This document shows positions 37,717 through 49,402 of a stretch of 64,000 bases of DNA, piece after piece (positions within the stretch are counted from its first letter, which is position 1; the number at the start of each line of letters is the position of its first letter). Both the position numbers and the translations under genes were made by a program. The notes beneath the pieces were generated by a model. The model saw only the letters and a program-made list of their open reading frames with translations, was not told the origin of the DNA and made no database searches. The stretch covers positions 2,808,356-2,872,355 of the forward strand of contig OY970295.1 of assembly GCA_963716185.1 (NCBI GenBank), in the 5' to 3' direction. This DNA is from Thermodesulfovibrionales bacterium (GTDB lineage Bacteria; Nitrospirota; Thermodesulfovibrionia; Thermodesulfovibrionales; SM23-35).

Positions 37717-38965
37717 ATGAATAGGAAACAAGCACACATTCGGCATACTCCTAAATTAGGAGCTTTAGAAATCCTTAAATATATAGGGCCTGGATTTATT
37801 GTAACTGTCGGTTTTATAGATCCAGGAAATTGGGCTGCAAATGTAGCTGCCGGATCAATTTATGGATACAACCTTCTCTGGATGGTCACTCTCTCTACTA
37901 TCATGCTTATATTTTTACAGCATAATGCCGCACATCTGGGGATTGTTACCGGACTCTGCCTTGCTGAGGCTTCTACAAAATTCTTGGGTAAATGGATGAG
38001 CAGGGTATTCTTAGTCAGTGCAGTATTCGCAGCTATATCTACAGCTTTGGCAGAGATTCTTGGGGCTGCTATAGGGTTAAATATGTTATTCGGGATACCC
38101 CTTATTATCGGCTCATTTCTTACATCTATATTGGTCATCTGGATGCTCATTTCCAACAGTTATAGAAAATTAGAAAAATGGATTATTGGTTTTGTTGCAC
38201 TTATAGGCTTTCATTCATTATTGAATTAATTATCGTAAAATTCCAGTGGTATGAGGCTCTTAAGAACGGTTTTGTACCTTCTTTTCCTTTAGGCTCTATT
38301 CCAATTATCATGAGCGTTCTTGGAGCTATAGTAATGCCACATAACTTATTTTTGCATTCCGAAATCATCCAGAGTCGGCAATGGAATCTTCAAGATAAAC
38401 AGATTATAAGAAGGCAATCTAAGTTTGAATTTACAGATACACTCACTGCAATGGTTGCGGGATGGGCGATAAATAGCGCGATGATAATTGTAGCTGCATC
38501 AGTTTTTCATTCCCACGGGATAACCGTTACGGAACTGTCACAGGCGGAAGCAACTCTTAAACCACTTGCAGGAAATGCTTCTGCAATTATTTTTGCTCTC
38601 GCGTTAATCTTTGCAGGTTTTTCTTCATCAATTACAGCAGCACTGGCCGGTGGAAGCATTTACTCAGGCATTTTCCAAGAGCCCTTTGATATCTCTGATA
38701 ATCATTCACGCATAGGTATAATGTAACTACTTTGGGTGCTCTTCTTATTATTTTCTTCATCAGAGACCCTTTCCAGGGTCTTATCTGGAGCCAAATTGCT
38801 TTAAGCATTCAACTCCCGTGGACTATTTTCGCACTTATTTCCCTTACTTCGTCTTCCAAAGTCATGGACGACTTTTCCAATAGTAAAAGTAATAAATTAT
38901 CTCTTTGGTTCATCGCTGCTATAGTTTCTTTTTTGAATGTAATGCTGCTTATTCAGATAATCTAA
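37717..38965 (+). pseudogene. mntH: NRAMP-family divalent metal transporter, broken by two frameshifts
   Basis: Three consecutive track ORFs in different frames (37717-38229, 38178-38726, 38732-38965) together spell an NRAMP protein (GPGFIVTVGFIDPGNWAANVAAGS..., MPHNLFLHSEI...). Confidence 0.8.
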
Positions 38966-39161
38966 TAAATGTAATTATTCGTGGAGATCCCCTAAATCCA
39001 GAGTCGGCAGTGTTTGTTGCTTTTGGTAATCAATGCACAACGTGACCACTACACGGAAAATGCAGCTTCGTCCTGAAGAATGCACAGCCTTGGAGCGGGC
39101 AAGGTAGTCTTGCGATCTAGACTCCACCTGCCCTCTATGGGTACAACTAAACGTGGTTCAA

Positions 39162-39803
39162 TTAAACCTCGTCAGGAGAACGCAGCTCAGCAGCCTGCAT
39201 TCTCTCTATCCTCTTTATGTCCCGCATGGAAGGTTTGGCCGGTGTTTCCGTATCCTGCGTGCCCACAGCCCAGCTGAGAGGGCGCTTTTCCTCAGCCACT
39301 GCCTTCTGCAGTAACAGTAATCCTTCCATGAAGGCATCGGGACGGGGAGGGCAGCCGGGTATGTAGACATCAACGGGAAGAAATTTGTCGACGCCTTGAA
39401 CCACGCTGTAAATATCATACATCCCTCCCGAGTTGGCACATGATCCCATAGAGATTACCCATCGCGGCAGCATCATCTGCTGGTAGAGGCGTTCTATAAC
39501 AGGGGCCATTTTAATGAAGACCGTGCCGGCGATAACCATCACATCAGCCTGACGGGGTGTGCCCCTGAGTACTTCTGCCCCGAAGCGCGCGATATCGTAT
39601 TTGCTGGTTATGCTCGCAGCCATTTCTACAAAACAACAGGAGAGTCCGAAGTTAAAGGGCCAGAGGGAATTCTTGCGGCCCCAGGCCATAAGATCCTGCA
39701 GCCGGGCAAAAATGACGGAGCGGCGCATGGCATGATCAATAGAGGAGCTTTCAATGATGTCCATTGTCAATGGAGATAATGCCTTTTTCAGTCGCTGTTT
39801 CAT
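39162..39803 (-). CDS. nuoB: NuoB-like (20 kDa / PSST) subunit of complex I-type oxidoreductases; orphan
   Basis: [19 protein letters not shown] and IPGCPPRP Fe-S ligand motifs. No nuoA/C/D neighbours. The true start may be the internal MDIIESS. Confidence 0.8.
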   Translation of the reverse strand: MKQRLKKALSPLTMDIIESSSIDHAMRRSVIFARLQDLMAWGRKNSLWPFNFGLSCCFVEMAASITSKYDIARFGAEVLRGTPRQADVMVIAGTVFIKMAPVIERLYQQMMLPRWVISMGSCANSGGMYDIYSVVQGVDKFLPVDVYIPGCPPRPDAFMEGLLLLQKAVAEEKRPLSWAVGTQDTETPAKPSMRDIKRIERMQAAELRSPDEV

Positions 39804-40204
39804 GAAGTGGTCATTCTTCCTGTCTGGTTCTCCTTGATTTCGACCTATCAGGGCCCCAATTTAGCGCACCCAACTGCAACAAATAAAGAAGTATTTTAAT
39901 AACGTGACAGAGCAAAGTTCTCATTGGAATTATACCCTATTTCTGTCTGCGCAGACGAGCAATATTTGAAGACAGTTCCACCCATTTCACATCCTGGGGT
40001 TCTATGCACAAATCACCCAAATGTTTTATAGCCTAACCATCGCTACAGATTAAAGACGAAGGTGCTTGATGAAGAGTTGAGGGAAAAGTTTAACCAGCGG
40101 TATCCTGGATTTGAAAAAAATCCGGAAGCTGCGAAAATGGCCACTTAGGTCCCGCGGTTTTTTGCACTCTCCAAGGTGTGCGTGTCATTCCTACGGCACA
40201 GGCG

Positions 40205-41407
40205 TTAGCTCGTTCTTGCCCCGGCTGTTTTCACGGGCATACCCCTAATTCCCATCATCAATCGCACCAAACCATAACTGAGCCAGCTCATGAACCGCAA
40301 ACAAGCGGGTTGCTGTTTCCAATTGTCCTTCAATATCCGCCGGCCATCAGTCTCCATGGTCTGTTTCAGGCTTTGCGTCAGGCTCACGCCAAATTCTTCG
40401 TTTTCAACAACAACATTTGCTTCGCGTGAAAGCAGCAGGCTGAACGGATCGATATTCGAAGACCCCACCGTCGCCCAATGCCCGTCGATCACCGCTACTT
40501 TGGCGTGCAGGAAGCTCCTACGGTATTCGTAAATTTCAATTCCCGCATCGAGGAGATTGCCGTAAAGCGCCCGCGAGGCATAATGCTGGAGAAAATATTC
40601 CACCCTCCCCTGCAGCAGCAAACTCACCCTTACGCCTCGCCCGGCCGCATTGATAAGCGCATGACGAAAATCAAGTCCCGGCAAAAAGTAGGCATGGGCA
40701 AGAATGATCTCGGATTCCGCCTGCTCGATCGCCCGCATATACGCCGCTTCAATGTCCCGGCGATGGCGGAAATTGTCCCGTACCAGGAATGCCGCGCTCA
40801 TGTGCCCCCCGGCAGAGGTTGAAGCAGGCAGTGCCCCGCCCCGGACCGTCCCTTTGCGAAAATAACTCCACGCCACCATTGACCACAGGCGCTGGGCGGA
40901 AAGGCGGATCATGTCCACCAACGGCCCTTCCACGGCTACTGCGTAGTCGTAGCGAGGGGGCATGTCGCTCGTCGTTTCACTGTCATCAATAATGTTGATC
41001 CCCCCGACAAAGGCGATCTCCCGGTCCACGACCGCGATTTTCCGGTGCATCCGGCGCAGGCGCTTGCGCCGAAACGTCCAGGGGGATATCTTGGGCCGAT
41101 AGATGAGCGCCTTCACACCGTCCGCCCGCAGGTTGTCCAGCATGTTCCGCTGCAGGTCCTTGGACCCGTAGCCGTCGATCAGCACATAGACGTTTACGCC
41201 GTGCAGGGCAGCCCGCTTTAGCGCGTTCGCAATCCGCCGTCCGGTGGCGTCATTTTCGTAAATATACGTTTCAAGATAAATTTCATGCCTTGCCCGGTCG
41301 AACGCCGCTTCGATGGCGGGGAAATAGCCTTCTCCGTTCTGTAACAGGGTGACCTGATTGCCCGAAATAAAGCGGGACATGCTCTCGGGTAAGACAGCTT
41401 GATGCAA
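40205..41407 (-). CDS. clsB: ClsB-type cardiolipin synthase / PLD-family phosphatidyltransferase
   Basis: Two HKD motifs: MHRKIAVVDREIAFVGGINI and LHAKVAVIDGHWATVGSSNID. Confidence 0.85.
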   Translation of the reverse strand: MHQAVLPESMSRFISGNQVTLLQNGEGYFPAIEAAFDRARHEIYLETYIYENDATGRRIANALKRAALHGVNVYVLIDGYGSKDLQRNMLDNLRADGVKALIYRPKISPWTFRRKRLRRMHRKIAVVDREIAFVGGINIIDDSETTSDMPPRYDYAVAVEGPLVDMIRLSAQRLWSMVAWSYFRKGTVRGGALPASTSAGGHMSAAFLVRDNFRHRRDIEAAYMRAIEQAESEIILAHAYFLPGLDFRHALINAAGRGVRVSLLLQGRVEYFLQHYASRALYGNLLDAGIEIYEYRRSFLHAKVAVIDGHWATVGSSNIDPFSLLLSREANVVVENEEFGVSLTQSLKQTMETDGRRILKDNWKQQPACLRFMSWLSYGLVRLMMGIRGMPVKTAGARTS

Positions 41408-41584
41408 ACTGTGGCGATGTCGTTTCCTGTGGGGGGATCTCTTCGCCCGGAGGAACTCGGCCTGACACTGAAAGAAGCCAAGGACCTCTTGAAAGGGATT
41501 CTACAGGTAATGGTTGAAACACAAACCGAAGAATATCTTGAACAACAATGTCTGTGTCCTTCATGCGGGGTAACAAAATATTAG
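41399..41584 (+). pseudogene. N-terminal fragment of an ISKra4-type transposase
   Basis: 61 aa: ...ELGLTLKEAKDLLKGILQVMVETQTEEYLEQQCLCPSCG. The pattern is recalled from ISKra4-family N-termini, and the catalytic part is absent. Confidence 0.45.
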
Positions 41585-41595
41585 TGAGGTAGATC

Positions 41596-41892
41596 ATGAC
41601 GAAAGTGGCTTTCTTTAATGTGGATGAAAAAGAACAGGCTGTACTATCAAAGGAATTTGCAGGAGAAAAAACATTTGAATTAAGGTTTAACCCAAAATCT
41701 CTCGATAAACATACTGCATGTATAGCAAAAGAGGCTGGAGGAATAGGGATATTCATCCAATCTAAGATTACTCAGGAGGTGCTTGACCACTTACCGATGG
41801 TGCGCTTCATCAAACACTCATTTTGGATCATGGTCATTCAGTACGGCCTGCACCAAAGAAGTAAAGTCGTCATCAAGGAGCACTATGGATGA
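41596..41892 (+). pseudogene. N-terminal fragment of a D-2-hydroxyacid (D-lactate) dehydrogenase
   Basis: MTKVAFFNVDEKEQAVLSKEF...HTACIAKEAGGIGIFIQSKITQEVLDHLP matches the substrate-binding lobe. Homology is lost after ~70 aa, and the NAD domain is absent. Confidence 0.5.
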
Positions 41893-42019
41893 AGCCTCGC
41901 GAAGTACTTCCCTGAAGTCCTCGAAACTGCTTTCTGATATAATTAAGTAGATCATGAGTGGTAATTAATAAATATGACATAGAGCATCAGAATACATAAT
42001 TACACTCTTCCCATAATAT

Positions 42020-42301
42020 ATGAGAAAAGTTAAACAAATTAATTTTAAAGTTTCCCGTCTTATTTATTCTACGGTTCTTGAAAACATATTTCTTACTGTA
42101 GCTTTAACAGCAATTATTTCTGCCACGATCACCCTGAATTACAAAGATATAATTCGTATAATTTCCAAAATATATTTTTCACTATTCATCTTAATCTTTT
42201 TAATTCTTTATTATTGTTTCGCTTATGAAAATTTTATAAAGAAAGTTAACGGGTGCTGGCTGGCGGTCAACCATAAAGAAAGGGTTGAGGGATCTAATTG
42301 A
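42020..42301 (+). CDS. possible small membrane protein in an AT-rich spacer
   Basis: 93-aa ORF with two hydrophobic stretches and no other support. Confidence 0.25.
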   Translation: MRKVKQINFKVSRLIYSTVLENIFLTVALTAIISATITLNYKDIIRIISKIYFSLFILIFLILYYCFAYENFIKKVNGCWLAVNHKERVEGSN

Positions 42302-42320
42302 TGAAGAAACGGAGGTCATC

Positions 42321-44729
42321 ATGGTTAAATCAGTAGTTTCTCTACCTATGATGTCAGAAGGACCTCTTGACGCAGAGGAACTTCGGAAGATTGACGCCTA
42401 TTGGCGCGCAACCCTTTATTTGTGCGTGGGCATGATTTTTTTGAAGAACAATCCGTTGCTGAAAGAGCCCCTACAGATTGCTCACATCAAGAAGCGCCTG
42501 CTGGGGCATTGGGGATCTGATCCTGGTCAGGCGTTGACCTGGGTGCACCTGAACCGGCTGATCAAGAAATACAACGTGAATATGATCTACATCTCAGGTC
42601 CTGGTCACGGCTCCCCAGCCACCCTCTCCAACGCATACCTGGAAGGGACCTACTCCGAGGTTTACCCGGATAAGAGCGAAGACGAGGAAGGCATGCGAAA
42701 GTTCTTTAAGGAATTTTCATTCCCCGGCGGCATCGGCAGCCACTGTACCCCCGAAACTCCAGGCTCGATTCATGAGGGGGGCGAGCTCGGCTACAGCATC
42801 TCCCATGCCTTCGGGGCAGCCTTCGATAATCCTGATCTGATAGTTGCGGTCATGGTGGGCGACGGTGAGGCTGAAACCGGTCCTCTGGCCACGGCGTGGC
42901 ATTCCAACAAGTTTCTCAATCCCATCCGTGACGGGGCGGTGCTTCCCATCCTGCACCTGAACGGTTACAAAATCGCCAATCCAACAGTGTTGGCAAGAAT
43001 AAGCCACAAGCAACTCGATAGCATGTTTATCGGCTACGGGTATAAGCCCTATTTTATCGAAGGTTCTGATCCAGAAGCTATGCACCAGGTGATGGCTCAG
43101 ACACTGGAAACTGTGATAGCTGAAATCAAAAAGATCCAGCTTGAAGCGCGGACTAAGGGGTTTGATCAATTGCCGCAGTGGCCGATCATCGTGCTTCGCA
43201 CCCCAAAAGGTTGGACCGGCCCCAAAGAAGTAGACGGACACAAAGTGGAGGGCTCCTGGCGGGCCCATCAGGTACCTTTCCAGATTCACGAAAATCCCGC
43301 TCACCTGAAACTGCTTGAAGAGTGGATGCGGAACTACAGGCCAGAAGAATTGTTTGACGAGAATGGCAAGCTGATTCAGGAGCTGAAGGAATTGGCTCCC
43401 ACGGGCTCCCGCCGCCTGAGTGCCAATCCTATTGCCAATGGCGGCCTGGTGCGCAAGGCATTGCGTCTGCCCGATTTCCGCGGCTATGCCGTTGAGGTGG
43501 CTAAGCCCGGCGTCACCCTGGTTGAAAACACCTATGTTCTAGGGGTCTTCCTGCGCGATGTGATGCGCAACAACATGACTAGTTTTCGTGTCTTCTGTCC
43601 GGATGAAACTGCCTCCAACCGCCTCACTGCTATCTACGAAGCAACCAAGAAGACCTGGATGGAGGAAATCAAACCCGAGGATGCTGATGGCGGCGAACTG
43701 TCCCCTGACGGTCGTGTGATGGAAATGCTCAGCGAGCACACCCTGGAGGGCTGGCTGGAAGGTTACTTGCTGACCGGACGCCATGGCCTTTTCGCTTCGT
43801 ATGAAGCCTTCATCCACGTGATTGACTCGATGTTCAACCAGCACGCCAAGTGGCTGGAGAAGTGCCGGGATGTTACTTGGCGAGTTCCCGTTTCCTCCCT
43901 AAACATATTGATTTCTTCCGTTGTGTGGCGCCAGGATCACAACGGCTTCAGTCACCAGGATCCCGGCTTCCTGGATATAGTCACCAACAAGAGCCCTAAA
44001 GTCACCCGTATCTACCTGCCCCCCGATGCCAACTGCCTGTTGTCGGTTGCGAACCATTGCCTGCGCAGTACGGACAATATCAACGTCATCGTTTCGGATA
44101 AGCAGCTTCACCTCCAATACCTGAACATTGATGAAGCCATCCTGCACTGCACAAAGGGGATCGGAATCTGGGATTGGGCCAGCACCGATCAGGGAGGCGA
44201 ACCCGACGTGGTGATTGCTTGCGCAGGCGATGTCCCCACCGCGGAAGCCCTGGCGGCGGACGCCTTGCTGCAGGAGCACTTTCCGGATCTCAAAATACGT
44301 TTCATCAATGTCGTCGACCTATTCAAATTGCAGCCGCAGACTGAACACCCCCACGGCCTGTCAGACAGGGACTTTGACAGCCTGTTCACCACAGACAAAC
44401 CGATCATTTTCAACTTTCACGGCTATCCCTGGCTGATTCACAAGCTCGCTTATCGCCGCACCAATCACGATAACCTTCACGTGCGTGGCTACAAGGAAAA
44501 AGGGAATATCAACACGCCGCTGGATCTGGCTATGCTCAATCAGATTGATCGGTTCAACTTGACGATTGATGTCATCGACCGGGTTCCCAAGCTGCGAGTC
44601 GTAGGGGCTCATGTCAAGGAGTGGTTAAAGAACCAGATTATCGAGAATACCAACTATGCCTACGAGAACGGCATTGATAAGCCTGAAATCACCGAATGGA
44701 AATGGCCGGATCAGACCGATGGACAGTGA
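42321..44729 (+). CDS. xfp: phosphoketolase (xylulose-5-P / fructose-6-P)
   Basis: About 800 aa. [37 protein letters not shown]. The ATG at 42321 follows ggagg. Confidence 0.92.
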   Translation: MVKSVVSLPMMSEGPLDAEELRKIDAYWRATLYLCVGMIFLKNNPLLKEPLQIAHIKKRLLGHWGSDPGQALTWVHLNRLIKKYNVNMIYISGPGHGSPATLSNAYLEGTYSEVYPDKSEDEEGMRKFFKEFSFPGGIGSHCTPETPGSIHEGGELGYSISHAFGAAFDNPDLIVAVMVGDGEAETGPLATAWHSNKFLNPIRDGAVLPILHLNGYKIANPTVLARISHKQLDSMFIGYGYKPYFIEGSDPEAMHQVMAQTLETVIAEIKKIQLEARTKGFDQLPQWPIIVLRTPKGWTGPKEVDGHKVEGSWRAHQVPFQIHENPAHLKLLEEWMRNYRPEELFDENGKLIQELKELAPTGSRRLSANPIANGGLVRKALRLPDFRGYAVEVAKPGVTLVENTYVLGVFLRDVMRNNMTSFRVFCPDETASNRLTAIYEATKKTWMEEIKPEDADGGELSPDGRVMEMLSEHTLEGWLEGYLLTGRHGLFASYEAFIHVIDSMFNQHAKWLEKCRDVTWRVPVSSLNILISSVVWRQDHNGFSHQDPGFLDIVTNKSPKVTRIYLPPDANCLLSVANHCLRSTDNINVIVSDKQLHLQYLNIDEAILHCTKGIGIWDWASTDQGGEPDVVIACAGDVPTAEALAADALLQEHFPDLKIRFINVVDLFKLQPQTEHPHGLSDRDFDSLFTTDKPIIFNFHGYPWLIHKLAYRRTNHDNLHVRGYKEKGNINTPLDLAMLNQIDRFNLTIDVIDRVPKLRVVGAHVKEWLKNQIIENTNYAYENGIDKPEITEWKWPDQTDGQ

Positions 44730-44863
44730 CCGGTAAGCATTCAATTATATATATAGGTGCTTTATTCACCTATCCCATGAACTTTATTCTATCTTGGGGG
44801 GTTGCTATACAGGTCTCACAGAATAGTTTTCTGGGGATTCCTTGGCAGTATCCCTGAAGTAAG

Positions 44864-45513
44864 ATGATAACATCGAAAAGAGAATTTGTATTTTTGTTTG
44901 ATGTTGACAATACTCTGCTCGACAATGACAGAGTGGAAAGCGACCTCAGGAGCATGTCGAAAGCGCGTTTGGGCTGAAAGCAGGGATCGGTATTTTGCTA
45001 TCTTGGAAGAGTTGCGAACTGAGCTAGGGTACACAGACTACTTGGGGGCGCTGCAACGCTACCGGCTCGAGGAAATGTGCGATCCTCGACTGCGACAGGT
45101 TGTACTACAGTTCACTTGCTGCCCTTCGGCATGTTAGCGTGTGGGGGGCAACGGTTAGCCTGTCCGATGGCGATGCAGTCTTTCAACCTCGCAAAGTGCA
45201 CCGATCGGGGCTGTGGGATGCGGTTGAAGGACGGGTCCTGATTTATATACACAAAGAGCAGATGCTGGCTGACGTCGAGCGGCGATACCCTGCCCGGCAT
45301 TACGTCATGATTGACGACAAGTTGCGCATTCTCACAGCGATGAAAGAGGCATGGAGGGACCGGCTGACTACAGTTTTTCCACGTCAGGGACACTATGCGC
45401 TTGACACTGGAAATGTCACTGCCTATCCGCCGGCCGACATCACTATTGAGCACATCAGCGATCTGGTCAATTACGATCTGTCTGCATTTATAGGCACCGG
45501 CGCCGGAGAATGA
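44864..45513 (+). pseudogene. HAD-family hydrolase, disrupted (three frames)
   Basis: Hand translation from the ATG at 44864 gives MITSKREFVFLFDVDNTLLDND... (DxDxT), which stops at ~44975. Homology continues in the other two frames (track ORFs 44886-45137 and 45100-45513: ...SLSDGDAVFQPRKV...VMIDDKLRIL). Confidence 0.65.
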
Positions 45514-45675
45514 AACTGTCGTTGTGGCGTAGACGCTGTTTTCGATGACATACTTGAAGGACACAATAGATGAGTAATCCAAGAAGAATCAGCAGCCCGA
45601 TATACGCTTTTCTATCCACTGACGTGAGGGATTCGATTTCCTTACAGAGCTTGCTCCATGTACCTGACCATTCAG

Positions 45676-48105
45676 CTATAAGCCGAATCTTCTGAATAGA
45701 TAGTATTTAGGAAAATCAATGCCGAGCATAAAGATCGCAGAGATTCCCAGAACAATAAGCACCTGATATGCAGCAAGGGCAGGGACAAATATACCGTATA
45801 CCCCCATGAGTGTAAATACGGTAAGGGTCGCCACTGTAGAGAGAAGCAATGCATTGCCTGGCCGTGATGACCAGAAGTATCTTCTCTCCCTTACTACGAG
45901 CACCCGAAACTGACTTGTAAATACAAGGAGCAACATTACAAAGGTCTGTAGTTTCTGTCCTTCTAAACGGAAATAATTTGAACCGACCAGAATTACAATA
46001 ATGCCTTCCGCAATTAACAGTATCCCTATAATAAGTGATGCTAAAGTAATATTCTTTACATTCCACTTATTAGGGTTGCTTGTATACTTTACATTATCAG
46101 TTGCCAGAGACATTGTCACAAAATCGTTTGCAAATACAATGAGTGCCATATCTAAGAGAGAAAGCACCATCACGCGTAACAAGAAAAAACCTGCAGTCAA
46201 TAAGCCGATAACCTGTATAACCTTGGTAACCTTATTTATAACCCATGTAAGCATTCGCTGGTATGTCTTTCTGCTTACTTCTATTGCATCAATTATAACC
46301 CTTAACCCCGGTTCTGTTAATACGATGCTTGCGGACGCCTTTGCCACATCTGTTGAATTACTCACTGCTATTCCCATTTCTGCTTGTTTTAGCGCCGGAG
46401 CATCGTTTGCGCCATCTCCGGTCATTCCTACCATGTGGCCCCTGGATTGCAGGAGTTTCACGATCTTATACTTATCCTCGGGATATATCTCGGCAAACCC
46501 GTCGCTTTCTCCAACAATCTTCATCTGTTCATCTTCGTTTAAACCTTCAATGTCCGCCATCCTGATAATGTTACCGCCAATCCCTACCTTGCCGGCTATT
46601 TCTTTACCTATGGCAATGTTATCACCTGTAAGCATCATAGGTTTTATTCCCATCTTTTTTGCTTCTTCTATCATGGTTATTGAATCTCCTCTGGGCGGGT
46701 CTGACAGCGGCACAAATCCCGCAAGTCTGAAGTTATCCATGTCTTCGCCTTCTGATCTTGCAACTGCAATCGTTCTGTACCCTTTCCGTGATAACTCTTC
46801 TAATGTTTTGTTTGTCTTCTCCATGGTATCTTTATCGATCCCGCGACACATAGATATAACTATCTGGGCCGCACCCTTAATGCCCTTAAACCGTTTTCCA
46901 TCGGCTTCAACGATTGCCTCTGTTCTCTTGGTTGAAGGATTAAAAGGCGCATACGATATCTGCTTGTATGCATTGATATCGGTTCCAATGGTTTTGGCAT
47001 ATTCAATAATGGCAAGATCTATTAGGTCCATGCCTTCCTCTTTAGACGCCAAAGCAGCTATGGCGATAACATCCTCTTTTTTATATCCGGAAAACGGTAT
47101 GCTGTCAGTGACTGACAATTTATTCTGTGTTATCGTACCTGTCTTATCGAGGCAAAGAACGTCTATAGAAGCGGCATCCTCGATCGAATCGAGCTTGGTT
47201 ACCAGCACCCCCTTTTTGACAAGCTCCATTGCACCAGCAGCCTGAACTATGGTGAGCACGGCGGGAAGGGCTACAGGGACCGCTCCCATAAGGAAGATCA
47301 CAGCGAAAGTCAGTACTGTTACAATATGTTCTTTCTGATGCACCAACAAACCGAATGCCAAAACGGAAAGTAATGCGGCTATCCCTAAATACATCATATT
47401 TTTGATTATAGCCATCATTATTTCCTCTTGATGAGACTTCGGCTTTGCTATTTTGACCAATTCGGCTGTTTTGCCGAAGTATGTATTTGCTCCAGTGTTG
47501 ACTACCACACACCTGGCTTCTCCTCGCCTCACCGTGGAGCTGGAGTAGATGATGTCCGATTGATGCGTATCTACGGGAAGCGATTCACCGGTCAGGGCCG
47601 ATTGATCAATTGAGAGTTCGCCGCTCACAATTCGAGCATCTGCCGGTACTATATCCCCAAGTCCGACAGAGATGATGTCTCCCGGCACAATCTCTTTAGC
47701 CCCTGCCGTCACCCATTTCCCATCTCGCAATACCTTTGCTTCGATTGCCAGCTTTTTCTTGAGAAGCTCGACTGCCTTTTGTGAGCCGCGGGAGTGTATG
47801 TGGCCTATGATGGCATTTATCGTGAGCAGCACAAAGATAATTATCCCTTCAAGGTAATGTTTCAATGCGAACGAGAGCCCCATAGCCAGCTCCAGCAACC
47901 ACGGCATGGGACCCCAGTAGCGCAGCAAAAATTCGAGAAAGGGATTCTTCTTTTTCTCTACTATTTCGTTATACCCGAATATCTTGAGACGATTTGTCAC
48001 TTCAGATTCAGAAAGGCCGTCTGTAGTTGTCTCTAAGAACTTAAGGGTCTCCTCCAAAGAGATTTTTTTGTATTCGGATGTGTTTCTGAGTTTTAGATCC
48101 ATCAA
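45676..48105 (-). CDS. P-type ATPase, plasma-membrane H+-ATPase-like (P3A-type)
   Basis: 809 aa. GLSESEVTNRLKIFGYNEI, TGES, CLDKTGTITQNKL, MLTGDN, GMTGDGANDAPALKQAEMGIAV. Confidence 0.88.
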   Translation of the reverse strand: MMDLKLRNTSEYKKISLEETLKFLETTTDGLSESEVTNRLKIFGYNEIVEKKKNPFLEFLLRYWGPMPWLLELAMGLSFALKHYLEGIIIFVLLTINAIIGHIHSRGSQKAVELLKKKLAIEAKVLRDGKWVTAGAKEIVPGDIISVGLGDIVPADARIVSGELSIDQSALTGESLPVDTHQSDIIYSSSTVRRGEARCVVVNTGANTYFGKTAELVKIAKPKSHQEEIMMAIIKNMMYLGIAALLSVLAFGLLVHQKEHIVTVLTFAVIFLMGAVPVALPAVLTIVQAAGAMELVKKGVLVTKLDSIEDAASIDVLCLDKTGTITQNKLSVTDSIPFSGYKKEDVIAIAALASKEEGMDLIDLAIIEYAKTIGTDINAYKQISYAPFNPSTKRTEAIVEADGKRFKGIKGAAQIVISMCRGIDKDTMEKTNKTLEELSRKGYRTIAVARSEGEDMDNFRLAGFVPLSDPPRGDSITMIEEAKKMGIKPMMLTGDNIAIGKEIAGKVGIGGNIIRMADIEGLNEDEQMKIVGESDGFAEIYPEDKYKIVKLLQSRGHMVGMTGDGANDAPALKQAEMGIAVSNSTDVAKASASIVLTEPGLRVIIDAIEVSRKTYQRMLTWVINKVTKVIQVIGLLTAGFFLLRVMVLSLLDMALIVFANDFVTMSLATDNVKYTSNPNKWNVKNITLASLIIGILLIAEGIIVILVGSNYFRLEGQKLQTFVMLLLVFTSQFRVLVVRERRYFWSSRPGNALLLSTVATLTVFTLMGVYGIFVPALAAYQVLIVLGISAIFMLGIDFPKYYLFRRFGL

Positions 48106-48176
48106 AGCCTTTCTTTTTTTCCGAATTGTAATTGCAGCCGGTTCCCTTTGTGCTTCCTTGGGAACTGCGCCATTGA

Positions 48177-49319
48177 CTAAACGCCGAATTCCTGCAAGGT
48201 CCGCAGATAGCCGATAATATCCTCCCGGCTGAGCATGCCCTGAATCTGTCCGTCTACCATTACGGGAAGTTGATTGACCCCGTCGCGGTCCATCTCTTCA
48301 AGCGCTGTCCACAACTCCTCATCCGGCCGCACCCGTTTCGTTTGCTCTATCGGGATCATGGCTTGACCTATGGTCATCGCTGGCCATTCAGACCGCGGGA
48401 CCTCCTTTATGTGATGCAAGGTCAACAGGCCAATAACATCATCACCCCGCTTGACCACGAAACTCCGGCGACCGCCGCCCAAAATGTGATCGTCTACCAG
48501 TTTCTGCAAGGTAGTGCTGGCAGGGAGGGCTGCGTATTGCCGATTCATTGCCTGCGACACTTTATGACCTGCCAGCATATCCTGGAGCGCCAGTTGCTGA
48601 ACCTGCCCCCGGGCGGCGCTCTCCAGGAACCAGCCGATGAATGCTATCCAGAGGCCATTGACGAAGTTACCGGCAAACATTTGCCACACACCGAAGAAGA
48701 TGAAGATGTAGGCGACGAAACGCCCCACATTTGCAGCGATGAATGTCGCCCGGCGCATGTTGTGGGTGATGCGCCAGACAATGGCACGGAAGACACCGCC
48801 ACCGTCCAATGGAAAGCCCGGGATAAGATTGAACAGACCCAAAGCGATGTTGATATAGACCAGATACTTGAACAGGGCGAGAAGCGGGGCTATACCTGAG
48901 AAGAAAGAATGCATCAGACTGAAAAGGGCTGCCAAAATGAAACTGACAACAGGGCCTGCAATAGAGATCCAAAAACCGGCTGCGGCGCTTGGCGGTTCGG
49001 CGCCGATGAGGGATACGCCGCCAAATATAAAGAGCGTGATGCTTCGCACCGAAATTTTGTAATGCATCGCCACCACCGAATGTCCCAACTCGTGCAGCAG
49101 TACGCTCACAAACAACATAACGGCTGTTACCGCGCCCATGACCCAATATTGGGCCGTGGGCCAGCTCTTAAACTCAGCCGGGTAGTAGCCAACGGCCATC
49201 GTCCAGGTGAGCAGTACAAAAATCAAAAACCAGGAATAATCCAGTCCAATAGGGATACCTAAAATACGTCCTAATGAAATTGTATGTCGGTTCATTTCCT
49301 CTACCTCCTCCCTCTTCAT
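48177..49319 (-). CDS. site-2 protease (M50) family metalloprotease with a C-terminal CBS pair
   Basis: HELGHSVVA (HExxH) and NLIPGFPLDGG. The C-terminal CBS-like repeats end ...NQLPVMVDGQIQGMLSREDII. Confidence 0.85.
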   Translation of the reverse strand: MKREEVEEMNRHTISLGRILGIPIGLDYSWFLIFVLLTWTMAVGYYPAEFKSWPTAQYWVMGAVTAVMLFVSVLLHELGHSVVAMHYKISVRSITLFIFGGVSLIGAEPPSAAAGFWISIAGPVVSFILAALFSLMHSFFSGIAPLLALFKYLVYINIALGLFNLIPGFPLDGGGVFRAIVWRITHNMRRATFIAANVGRFVAYIFIFFGVWQMFAGNFVNGLWIAFIGWFLESAARGQVQQLALQDMLAGHKVSQAMNRQYAALPASTTLQKLVDDHILGGGRRSFVVKRGDDVIGLLTLHHIKEVPRSEWPAMTIGQAMIPIEQTKRVRPDEELWTALEEMDRDGVNQLPVMVDGQIQGMLSREDIIGYLRTLQEFGV

Positions 49320-49402
49320 TTGATTGTCTTTCTCATTTTTCTTCCTCCTTGTGCAAACAAAACATCATACTTCCACTCTTCCTCAAGAGAAGAGGATGAA
49401 GG

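Noticed and set aside
46001-47245. 414-aa plus-strand ORF antisense to the P-type ATPase
   Set aside because: It has low-complexity Ser/Ile/Pro-rich composition and is the mirror frame of a strongly supported gene with all the P-type motifs. The same reasoning applies to the antisense ORFs inside clpC (20644-21372, 20799-21479), moeA (13533-14078), the HK (10763-11278, 11319-11975) and the GAF gene (406-2387).
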